A program made the translations under genes and the position numbers. Under the pieces are notes generated by a model, which ran no database searches, had not been told where the DNA came from, and was given only the letters and a program-made list of their open reading frames with translations. From Armatimonadota bacterium (GTDB taxonomy: Bacteria; Armatimonadota; UBA5829; DTLH01): a stretch of 34,538 bases of DNA. The DNA is taken from positions 1 through 34,538 of the forward strand of contig JBDKSP010000004.1 of assembly GCA_039680575.1 (NCBI GenBank), written 5' to 3'. Of the stretch, positions 19,605 through 26,522 are shown piece after piece. Each line of letters opens with the position of its first letter. The stretch's first letter is position 1.

Positions 19605-19641
19605 CTGTCAGCTGATAGCTGATAGCTGATAGCTGATAGCT
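19603..19641. repeat. AGCTGAT heptamer tandem repeat filling the recN-steA gap
   Basis: AGCTGTC + (AGCTGAT)x4 + AGCT. Confidence 0.92.
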
Positions 19642-19644
19642 AGT

Positions 19645-20805
19645 ATGCTTAAAATCTCAGGTACAATCAGGCTGGACAAGCGGACCAAGAACCTTGCACC
19701 GCGGCTGCGCAGTGGGGAGATCGCCCTGATAGACCATCAGGACATCGACTCCGTGTCAGCACAGATGCTGATCGACAGGCGAATTGCGGTAGTTGTGAAT
19801 GCAGGGTTGTCGATTTCGGGCAGGTACCCTAACGCCGGGCCTAAAATGCTCCTCGACGCCGGAATTCCCATACTCGACGGAGTGGGGCAGGAGTCGTTCG
19901 AGCGGATTCATGAAGGTGACCAGGTGGAGATCTCCGACTGCGAGCTCAAATCGAACGGCGAGGTGATCTGCAAGGGACTTGTGCTCACCCAGGCGGACAT
20001 CGCGCGCATGCTGGAGGAGTCCAAACTCAATCTGGACAACGAGCTTGAACGGTTCGCGGAGAACACTCTGACTTATGTCCTTAAGGAAAAATCTATCCTG
20101 CTCGACGCGACGAAGCTCCCGTCTGTAGAGACCGGAATTGCAGGGAGACATGTCCTGATTGTCGTCCGTGGAGAGGGCTACAAGGACGATCTCGTGAGTC
20201 TGCGGACGTATATAAACGAGGTCAAGCCTGTCTTGATCGGTGTCGATGGCGGGTCTGACGCACTCCTTGAAATGGGCTACAAACCGCACATGATCGTCGG
20301 CGATATGGACAGCGTGAGCGACAAGGCACTTAAATGTGGGGCAGAGATCGTCGTCCATACGTATACGGATAAGTCGCGTAAGGCTCCGGGGGTCGCGCGG
20401 CTGCAGGAGATGGGTATTGAGGTGAAGCTCGCAGCGGTACCAGGCACGAGTGAGGATGTGGCGATGCTTCTGGCCTATGAAAAGGGCGCGGAGTTGATCG
20501 TCGCCGTCGGAACTCACTCGAACCTGATCGATTTTCTGGACAAAGGCCGCAAGGGTATGTCGAGCACATTTCTGGTGAGGCTCAAGGTCGGACCGAAACT
20601 GGTGGATGCTCGCGGAGCCAGCAAGCTCTACAGGTCCAACCCCAAACTCCGTTATGCCGGAGTGCTGGTACTTGCGGCGATGGCTGCGCTTGTCGCGGTT
20701 ATTGCATTATCGCCTGCGGTGCAGGACCAGATCAGAATGTTTGTAATAGAGCAAAAATCCCGGTTATGGGACCTCTGGGTCCAACTCAGGCTTTGGGAAA
20801 GGTAA
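19645..20805 (+). CDS. steA: SteA-like septal protein (thiamine pyrophosphokinase-like fold, C-terminal TM helix)
   Basis: DKRTKNL, ISGRYPNAGP, GVDGGSDAL, GDMDS, EFLDKGR-like DFLDKGRKGMSSTFL; follows recN. Confidence 0.9.
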   Translation: MLKISGTIRLDKRTKNLAPRLRSGEIALIDHQDIDSVSAQMLIDRRIAVVVNAGLSISGRYPNAGPKMLLDAGIPILDGVGQESFERIHEGDQVEISDCELKSNGEVICKGLVLTQADIARMLEESKLNLDNELERFAENTLTYVLKEKSILLDATKLPSVETGIAGRHVLIVVRGEGYKDDLVSLRTYINEVKPVLIGVDGGSDALLEMGYKPHMIVGDMDSVSDKALKCGAEIVVHTYTDKSRKAPGVARLQEMGIEVKLAAVPGTSEDVAMLLAYEKGAELIVAVGTHSNLIDFLDKGRKGMSSTFLVRLKVGPKLVDARGASKLYRSNPKLRYAGVLVLAAMAALVAVIALSPAVQDQIRMFVIEQKSRLWDLWVQLRLWER

Positions 20806-20809
20806 TCAG

Positions 20810-21697
20810 GTGATAGATCTCCGATATCATGTATATAGTCTGGCAGCTGTTTTCTTCGCACTTGCAATAGGCGTGGTTATCGGCACATCGTTTGTCGGTA
20901 AACCGGCGGATAGGGCGCAAGTGCTGCGCATAGCCGAGAGGTACGAGCGTACACTCTCGACAATGGACGGCAAACTCCGCGAGCAGCAAAGCACACTTAA
21001 GGATGTACGGGCGGACCTGGCCAGAAGCGAAAAGATGAACCATGCGCTCATGCCTGTGGCGCTCAAAGATAAGCTGCTTTACTACAATATCGCTATCGTC
21101 CAGACAGGGGATTATGATGATCTGGCTACTAACCTGCGGTCGGTGATCCAATCGGCGGGCGGGCAGGTTACCAGCGTCACCAAAATCTCACCCAAATTCG
21201 ACTTCGAGGATAAAGCTGCCCTTACGAACGTAATGAAAGCCATAGGAGTGGTTCCGGCTCAGAACGAGAGCGGACGGACAGCTGTTATGAGGCTTGTCGC
21301 GGAGGCGCTGGTCTCCGGGCGGCACACGGATATGCTTCCGACGCTCGAAGAGAAGAAACTGCTGAACATGTCCGGTGATTACGGTCGATGGAACAAGTGT
21401 GTGGTGATAATCGGCGGATCGACATCGGAAGATAATGATAGAGCTGAGATAATCGATATCCCCCTGATTGATGAACTCCGCGGCCTCAATGCTGTGGTGG
21501 TAGCGTGTGAACCACTGAACGCAGTTGATTCGTATATACCGGTCTGGAAGCGTGCAGATGTTGCTACCGTCGATAACGCCGACAGAGCAAGCGGAGAAAG
21601 CGCGCTCATCTGTGCCCTGACCGGCGAAAAAGCCCATTTTGGGCAAAAACGGACTGCCAACAGGTTCATCCCCGAGGCATTGGGAGTCGGTAAGTGA
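20810..21697 (+). CDS. steB: SteB/MctB family protein
   Basis: MIDLRYHVYSLAAVFFALAIGVVIG N-terminal anchor, coiled coil, C-terminal ATVDN motif; follows steA. Confidence 0.87.
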   Translation: MIDLRYHVYSLAAVFFALAIGVVIGTSFVGKPADRAQVLRIAERYERTLSTMDGKLREQQSTLKDVRADLARSEKMNHALMPVALKDKLLYYNIAIVQTGDYDDLATNLRSVIQSAGGQVTSVTKISPKFDFEDKAALTNVMKAIGVVPAQNESGRTAVMRLVAEALVSGRHTDMLPTLEEKKLLNMSGDYGRWNKCVVIIGGSTSEDNDRAEIIDIPLIDELRGLNAVVVACEPLNAVDSYIPVWKRADVATVDNADRASGESALICALTGEKAHFGQKRTANRFIPEALGVGK

Positions 21698-22380
21698 ATA
21701 AAGTAGCCGTGCTGATCCCGGCATATAACGAGGCCGACAGGATCGCCGATACCATAAAGGCTGCGCGAGGCATCGAAGGGATCGACGAGATCGTAGTCAT
21801 CGACGACGGCTCGACGGACGGCACATCCGACCAGGCTAAGGCTGCGGGAGCAGATAGAGTAGTTGCCCTGCCGTCGAATAAGGGCAAAGGTAAGGCGCTC
21901 GAAGCAGGAATCGCCGCAACTGACGCCGATATAATCCTCATGCTGGATGCCGATCTGGCAGCATCTGCCAAAGCAGCCGAAGCGCTGCTTGGACCTGTTA
22001 CGTCTGGCCGGGCTGATATGACGATAGCAGTGCTGCCGTCGGTCAAAAGCTCCGGTGGGTTCGGTTTTGCTGTAGGGCTTGCCCGTTGGGGCATCCATAA
22101 GTTTACAGGAGAGACCATGTCCGCGCCGCTTTCCGGCCAGAGAGCCCTTAAAAAAGAGATTGTCGAGCGGATGGGCGGGTTCGACTACGGTTTTGGGGTC
22201 GAGACCGGGCTTACTATAGATGCCTTTAAGATGGGCTACAAGATTGAGGAAGTCTCCGTCGAAATTTCGCACAGAACGACCGGGCGGACGCTGAAAGGGT
22301 TCATGCACAGGGGAGAACAGTTCAGAGATATTGCAAGAGCGCTCATTGCGCGATTTCTGGGGATCAGGAAGTGCAAATGA
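21694..22380 (+). CDS. GT2 glycosyltransferase (DPM/glucosyl-phosphoglycerate synthase-like)
   Basis: IPAYNEA, DDGSTD, NKGKGKA, DAD, PLSGQRA and FGVE motifs. Confidence 0.92.
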   Translation: MNKVAVLIPAYNEADRIADTIKAARGIEGIDEIVVIDDGSTDGTSDQAKAAGADRVVALPSNKGKGKALEAGIAATDADIILMLDADLAASAKAAEALLGPVTSGRADMTIAVLPSVKSSGGFGFAVGLARWGIHKFTGETMSAPLSGQRALKKEIVERMGGFDYGFGVETGLTIDAFKMGYKIEEVSVEISHRTTGRTLKGFMHRGEQFRDIARALIARFLGIRKCK

Positions 22381-22814
22381 CAGAGTCTAACATGCGTATG
22401 ACCGATAAAAACGCCCGGCCTGATGACACCAGCTTAGCTGATTGGCTTGGCGAAGAGAATTATGCGAGATGGACTTACATAGTTAGGTTCATCGAAGCCA
22501 ATTATCCCGGCATTTTTGAGCCGGAATGGCTTTTTGGCGGCAAGCATGGCTGGAGCCTGCGTTACAAGAAGTCGAAATCGTTCTGCACGCTGATTCCTGA
22601 GAAAAACAGGCTGCTGATCCAGATAGTGTTCGGCGGCAGCGAGCGAGAAAAAACCGAAACGATACTGCCCGAGCTGGTTTCTCATGCCAGAGAAGATTAC
22701 GTATCCGCAACCACTTATCACGACGGAAAGTGGCTTGCGCTCGTGGTAGACAGCAACTTGGTGCTTTCAGACGTGGAGCGATTGTTGATTATCAAGCGGA
22801 AATCGAGAATTTAG
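22377..22814 (+). CDS. DUF3788-like protein
   Basis: GGKHGWSLRYKKSKSFCTLIP and YHDGKWL motifs. Start could be 22371, 22377 or 22392. Confidence 0.75.
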   Translation: MTESNMRMTDKNARPDDTSLADWLGEENYARWTYIVRFIEANYPGIFEPEWLFGGKHGWSLRYKKSKSFCTLIPEKNRLLIQIVFGGSEREKTETILPELVSHAREDYVSATTYHDGKWLALVVDSNLVLSDVERLLIIKRKSRI

Positions 22815-22831
22815 TTATTTGATGCTTTTTA

Positions 22832-22897
22832 TATGCTGCGGGAACGGCAAATATAGTCTGATTTTCAAAATATCACAAATCTAGTTCCCGCAGCATA
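22832..22897 (+). repeat. 66-bp inverted-repeat element, copy 1
   Basis: TATGCTGCGGGAAC-N38-GTTCCCGCAGCATA. Confidence 0.85.
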
Positions 22898-22920
22898 GCA
22901 ACCGAGAATTTAGACATTTT

Positions 22921-23736
22921 ATGCTTTATGTATACGCAATAACCGCAGTAATAGCCTTGGTCTGCCATGAGCTGATCTCCCTTGCGATCAGGCGGTTCGG
23001 CTGGCAGAAGGAAAACTTCAGAAAAGAAAAAATCCCCTACGTCCACGGGCTGTATATCGTCTCCTATGGAGCAATCGGAGCGATACTTGGCATATACACC
23101 CGGTACGGCTCGCACGATGCGCAGCTTTACCTGATAGCGCTCCTCGGTTTCGGGATACTGGGCTTTATCGACGATATATTCGGTTCCAGAAATGTAGGAG
23201 GTTTCCGGGGACATTTCAAGAAGTTATTATTGGAAGGCAAATTGACGACCGGCGCGGCGAAAGCCCTGGGCGGCGGGATTATTGCCGTGTACCTGGCTTA
23301 CCAGGCATCCGGCGGGAGAATATGGATGTGGGCGCTTGATACGATAGTTATCGCGCTTGCCGCAAACACCATCAATCTTCTCGATCTCAGGCCCGGCCGG
23401 GCGATATTTATGTTTTTTGTCGGAATGGCAGCTGCAGTTATCATGGCGTGGGGTTCGCTTTCCGCCCCTGTTGCGGTCGCGGTCATCGCGTCTGCCGCAA
23501 TAGTTGTCGCGTATTATGACCGCAGAGGGCTTGCGATGCTGGGAGATGTCGGCTCCAATACGCTTGGAGCCGTACTCGGGCTGACGCTCGCGCTCGATGC
23601 GCCGGTTATTGGAAAGCTGGCTGCTGCGGCAGTTTTTATTGTAATAAATCTTTTTTCCGAGCGACGCTCGATTTCCGAGCTTATAGAGCACAATCCTGTG
23701 CTCACGCGCATAGATTCAAAGCTGGGGGTACGCTAG
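22921..23736 (+). CDS. MraY/WecA-like polyprenyl-phosphate sugar-phosphate transferase (glycosyl transferase family 4)
   Basis: Multi-TM; GFIDDIFG, NTINLLDLRPGRA and MLGDVGSN motifs; shorter than true MraY. Confidence 0.85.
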   Translation: MLYVYAITAVIALVCHELISLAIRRFGWQKENFRKEKIPYVHGLYIVSYGAIGAILGIYTRYGSHDAQLYLIALLGFGILGFIDDIFGSRNVGGFRGHFKKLLLEGKLTTGAAKALGGGIIAVYLAYQASGGRIWMWALDTIVIALAANTINLLDLRPGRAIFMFFVGMAAAVIMAWGSLSAPVAVAVIASAAIVVAYYDRRGLAMLGDVGSNTLGAVLGLTLALDAPVIGKLAAAAVFIVINLFSERRSISELIEHNPVLTRIDSKLGVR

Positions 23737-23738
23737 CA

Positions 23739-23945
23739 ATGGCGCTTATCGAAATCAACAAAGAGTTGTGCAAGGGATGCGAACTGTGCATCCACTTCTG
23801 CCCGAAAAAACTAATCGAAATGGCTGACGGGTTCAATTCCAAAGGAAACCGGTTCTCGCAGTTTAAGGACAGCGACGGCTCGTGCATAGGCTGCGCCCTT
23901 TGCGCTAAGGTTTGTCCCGACGTAGCCATAGAAGTGTGGAGGTAG
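23739..23945 (+). CDS. 2x[4Fe-4S] ferredoxin, delta subunit of 2-oxoacid:ferredoxin oxidoreductase
   Basis: CKGCELCIHFCP and CIGCALCAKVCP. Confidence 0.95.
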   Translation: MALIEINKELCKGCELCIHFCPKKLIEMADGFNSKGNRFSQFKDSDGSCIGCALCAKVCPDVAIEVWR

Positions 23946-23948
23946 TCA

Positions 23949-25067
23949 ATGGCGACTAAGACCCTGATGAAGGGAAATGAGGCGATAGTCCGCGGAGCTA
24001 TCGCAGGCGGGTGCCGTGGGTTCTTCGGCTACCCCATTACACCTCAGAATGAGATCCCTGAATACATGTCCGCGCTCATGCCGAAGATTGGCGGCGCATT
24101 TGTCCAGGCTGAGAGCGAAGTCGCGTCGATCAATATGGTATATGGTGCGGCAAGCACCGGCGCGAGAGTAATGACCACATCATCGAGCCCCGGAATAAGC
24201 CTTATGCAGGAAGGTATATCCTACATCGCAACGGCTGAACTCCCGGCGGTTATAGTAAATGTTCAGCGCGGTGGCCCTGGACTGGGCAATATCGCAGCAA
24301 GCCAGGCGGATTATTTCCAGACAGTGAAGGGCGGCGGTCATGGCGACTACAAGCTGCTCACTCTGGCTCCGTGGTCTATAACCGAGTGCTATAACTTTAC
24401 GGCTATGGCGTTCGACCTTGCCGACAAGTATCGGGCCCCTGTTATGATCCTTGCGGATGCCATCATCGGACAGATGATCGAGCAGATAGAGGTCCCTGAA
24501 AAGGTCGAGACCCATCTGGTTGAAAAACCCTGGGCGACCAATGGCTGCAAAGGCCGGAAGAAAAACGTCATCAACTCGCTCTACATCGTTCCGAAGGACC
24601 TTGAAGAGATGAACTTGAAGCTCCAGGCGAAGTATGCCCTTATGTCTGAGAACGAAGTCAGGTTCGAGAAGACCCAGACCGATGACGCGGACCTGGTAAT
24701 CGTTGCATACGGCGCAACTGCGAGAATAAGTAAGACCGCTATCGATCTCGCTAGAAAAGAAGGTCTGAAGGTCGGGTTGTTCAGGCCGATCAGCCTCTTC
24801 CCATACCCGTCCGCAGAGCTTCTTGAGATGGCCGAGCAGGGCAAGAAGTTCCTCACCGTAGAGATGAGCCATGGACAGATGCTCGAAGACGTGAAACTTG
24901 CTGTCAATGGAAAGGCCGAAGTCTCGTTCTACGGCAGGAGCGGCGGCATGGTGCCGAACCCGCTCGAAGTATTGGATAAGATCAGAGAACTCGTCGGAAA
25001 ATCCAATGGATCATGCGGCTGCGGTTGCTGCTGTGGTAAAGGAAAGAAGATGGAGGTCTCGAAATGA
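23949..25067 (+). CDS. vorB: 2-oxoacid:ferredoxin oxidoreductase alpha subunit (VorB-like)
   Basis: GYPITPQNE, TSSSPGISLMQE and RGGPGLGNI motifs. Confidence 0.9.
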   Translation: MATKTLMKGNEAIVRGAIAGGCRGFFGYPITPQNEIPEYMSALMPKIGGAFVQAESEVASINMVYGAASTGARVMTTSSSPGISLMQEGISYIATAELPAVIVNVQRGGPGLGNIAASQADYFQTVKGGGHGDYKLLTLAPWSITECYNFTAMAFDLADKYRAPVMILADAIIGQMIEQIEVPEKVETHLVEKPWATNGCKGRKKNVINSLYIVPKDLEEMNLKLQAKYALMSENEVRFEKTQTDDADLVIVAYGATARISKTAIDLARKEGLKVGLFRPISLFPYPSAELLEMAEQGKKFLTVEMSHGQMLEDVKLAVNGKAEVSFYGRSGGMVPNPLEVLDKIRELVGKSNGSCGCGCCCGKGKKMEVSK

Positions 25068-25804
25068 CAGGCACGAAAGTATTCGAACGGCCAAAAGCCT
25101 TAAGTGATATTCAGCATTCCTACTGCGCGGGCTGCCTCCATGGCGTTATGCACAGGATTGTAGCAGAAGTCATCGACGAGATGGGGCTGCTGGAAAACAC
25201 CGTAGGCGTCTGCCCGGTAGGCTGCTCGGTCTTTATGTATGACTACATGAGCTGCGATATGATCGAAGCCTCGCACGGAAGAGCTCCGGCGGTCGCAACA
25301 GGCGTCAAGAGGATGCTTCCCGATAAGTTCGTATTCGCATATCAGGGTGACGGCGACCTTGCAGCAATCGGCACAGCCGAGACGGTGCATGCCGCAGCCC
25401 GTGGAGAGAATATCTCTGTTATATTCATAAATAACGGCACCTATGGGATGACAGGCGGACAGATGGCCCCGACGACCATAGTCGGAGAGAAAAGAACCAC
25501 CTGCCCGAATGGAAGAGACCCGAAGACGGCCGGATACCCGATCAAGGTGTGCGAACTTCTCGCCACACTGGACGGACCGTCTTATATCACAAGGGTCGCC
25601 CCTGTGAGCGCCGCTGGAATAAACCAGACAAAAATGGCCGTAAAGAAAGCCTTCCAGAATCAGCTTGATGGCAAGGGATTCTCGTTTGTCGAGGTGCTCT
25701 CTAACTGCCCTACGCATTGGAAGATGAAGCCGATTGAGACATTCAAGTGGATCGAAGAGACGGCTACTGTCCACTTCCCGCTGGGAGTCTTCGTGGATCG
25801 ATAA
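25064..25804 (+). CDS. 2-oxoacid:ferredoxin oxidoreductase beta (TPP-binding) subunit
   Basis: YCAGCLHG, HGRA, GDGD...NN and YGMTGGQMAPTT motifs. Confidence 0.93.
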   Translation: MTGTKVFERPKALSDIQHSYCAGCLHGVMHRIVAEVIDEMGLLENTVGVCPVGCSVFMYDYMSCDMIEASHGRAPAVATGVKRMLPDKFVFAYQGDGDLAAIGTAETVHAAARGENISVIFINNGTYGMTGGQMAPTTIVGEKRTTCPNGRDPKTAGYPIKVCELLATLDGPSYITRVAPVSAAGINQTKMAVKKAFQNQLDGKGFSFVEVLSNCPTHWKMKPIETFKWIEETATVHFPLGVFVDR

Positions 25805-25815
25805 GGAGAGATACA

Positions 25816-26364
25816 ATGCATCAGGAAGTTATTATGGCTGGAACCGGCGGGCAGGGAATTATGGTCATTGGACAGTTGCTTGCCTACGGTGCGGTCGGTG
25901 AAGATAAAAATGTTGTGTGGTTCCCGTCCTACGGGCCGGAGACCAGAGGCGGAACGGCGGACTGCACGGTAATAGTCTCCGACGATCAGATAGGGTCGCC
26001 GGTCACGGCCGTGCCGGATACACTCCTTGCAATGAGCCAGATCCAGATCGGACGGCATGCCTCGAAGATCAAAAAAGATGGGGTTATTTTCTTTAACTCA
26101 ACGCTCGTAGATGACCCATCCAAGGAGCGCCAGGACTGCAAGTTCGTCGGAGTTCCCGCGAGTGCCATCGCAGACGAACTCGGTAATATGAGAGTTGCCA
26201 ACATGGTTATGCTCGGCGCGTTTATCGAGATAACGAAGTCCGTAAATCTGGATTCCGTGTGCCAGGCGCTGACGAAGGTGCTTCCTTCGCACAGGCAGGA
26301 CCTTATCCCGCTGAACGAAGCGGCGCTTAGGAAAGGCGCGGAGTTCGCCGCAAAACTAAAATAG
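25816..26364 (+). CDS. 2-oxoacid:ferredoxin oxidoreductase gamma subunit
   Basis: GTGGQG, PSYGPETRGG and NMVMLGA motifs; ATG 25816 after the AAGGAG SD. Confidence 0.93.
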   Translation: MHQEVIMAGTGGQGIMVIGQLLAYGAVGEDKNVVWFPSYGPETRGGTADCTVIVSDDQIGSPVTAVPDTLLAMSQIQIGRHASKIKKDGVIFFNSTLVDDPSKERQDCKFVGVPASAIADELGNMRVANMVMLGAFIEITKSVNLDSVCQALTKVLPSHRQDLIPLNEAALRKGAEFAAKLK

Positions 26365-26385
26365 CGGCTTTTAAATAAAAAACTA

Positions 26386-26421
26386 AAAACGGCTGGTGGC
26401 TTTAGCTGTCAGCCGTTTTTT
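26386..26421 (+). terminator. intrinsic (possibly bidirectional) terminator
   Basis: AAAACGGCTGG...TCAGCCGTTTTT hairpin with an A-tract before and a T-tract after. Confidence 0.75.
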
Positions 26422-26522
26422 ACATCAAATGTAGCGTAGCGAGGTGTGAATATGCGCCTATCGAATATTATAAAATGGGTTGTAGAATCCTCTTGAGCTG
26501 AAATCTGGAAAAGAAAAACTGC

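Noticed and set aside
19603..19641. CRISPR array, here or in the palindrome clusters
   Set aside because: No 23-47-bp repeats with unique, evenly sized spacers, and no cas genes.
19645..21697. Thiamine pyrophosphokinase and copper transporter labels
   Set aside because: Length, TM anchors and recN linkage match SteA/SteB; these labels are fold-based or legacy names.
22832..22897. Classical integron attC site or dif site
   Set aside because: No RYYYAAC/GTTRRRY cores or extrahelical-base pattern, no 11-6-11 Xer layout, and no integrase in the window. Kept only as an unclassified element.
22921..23736. The gene as true mraY
   Set aside because: Too short, lacks the HHH loop motif, and is not in a dcw cluster.
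25747..25815. Longer start for the gamma subunit
   Set aside because: It overlaps the beta subunit; ATG 25816 has a clear AAGGAG SD.
1703..25816. Long antisense ORFs (e.g. 1703-2521, 12086-13012, 13067-14158, 21379-22308, 25100-25816)
   Set aside because: They are shadows of well-supported + strand genes in moderately GC-rich DNA and carry no motifs.
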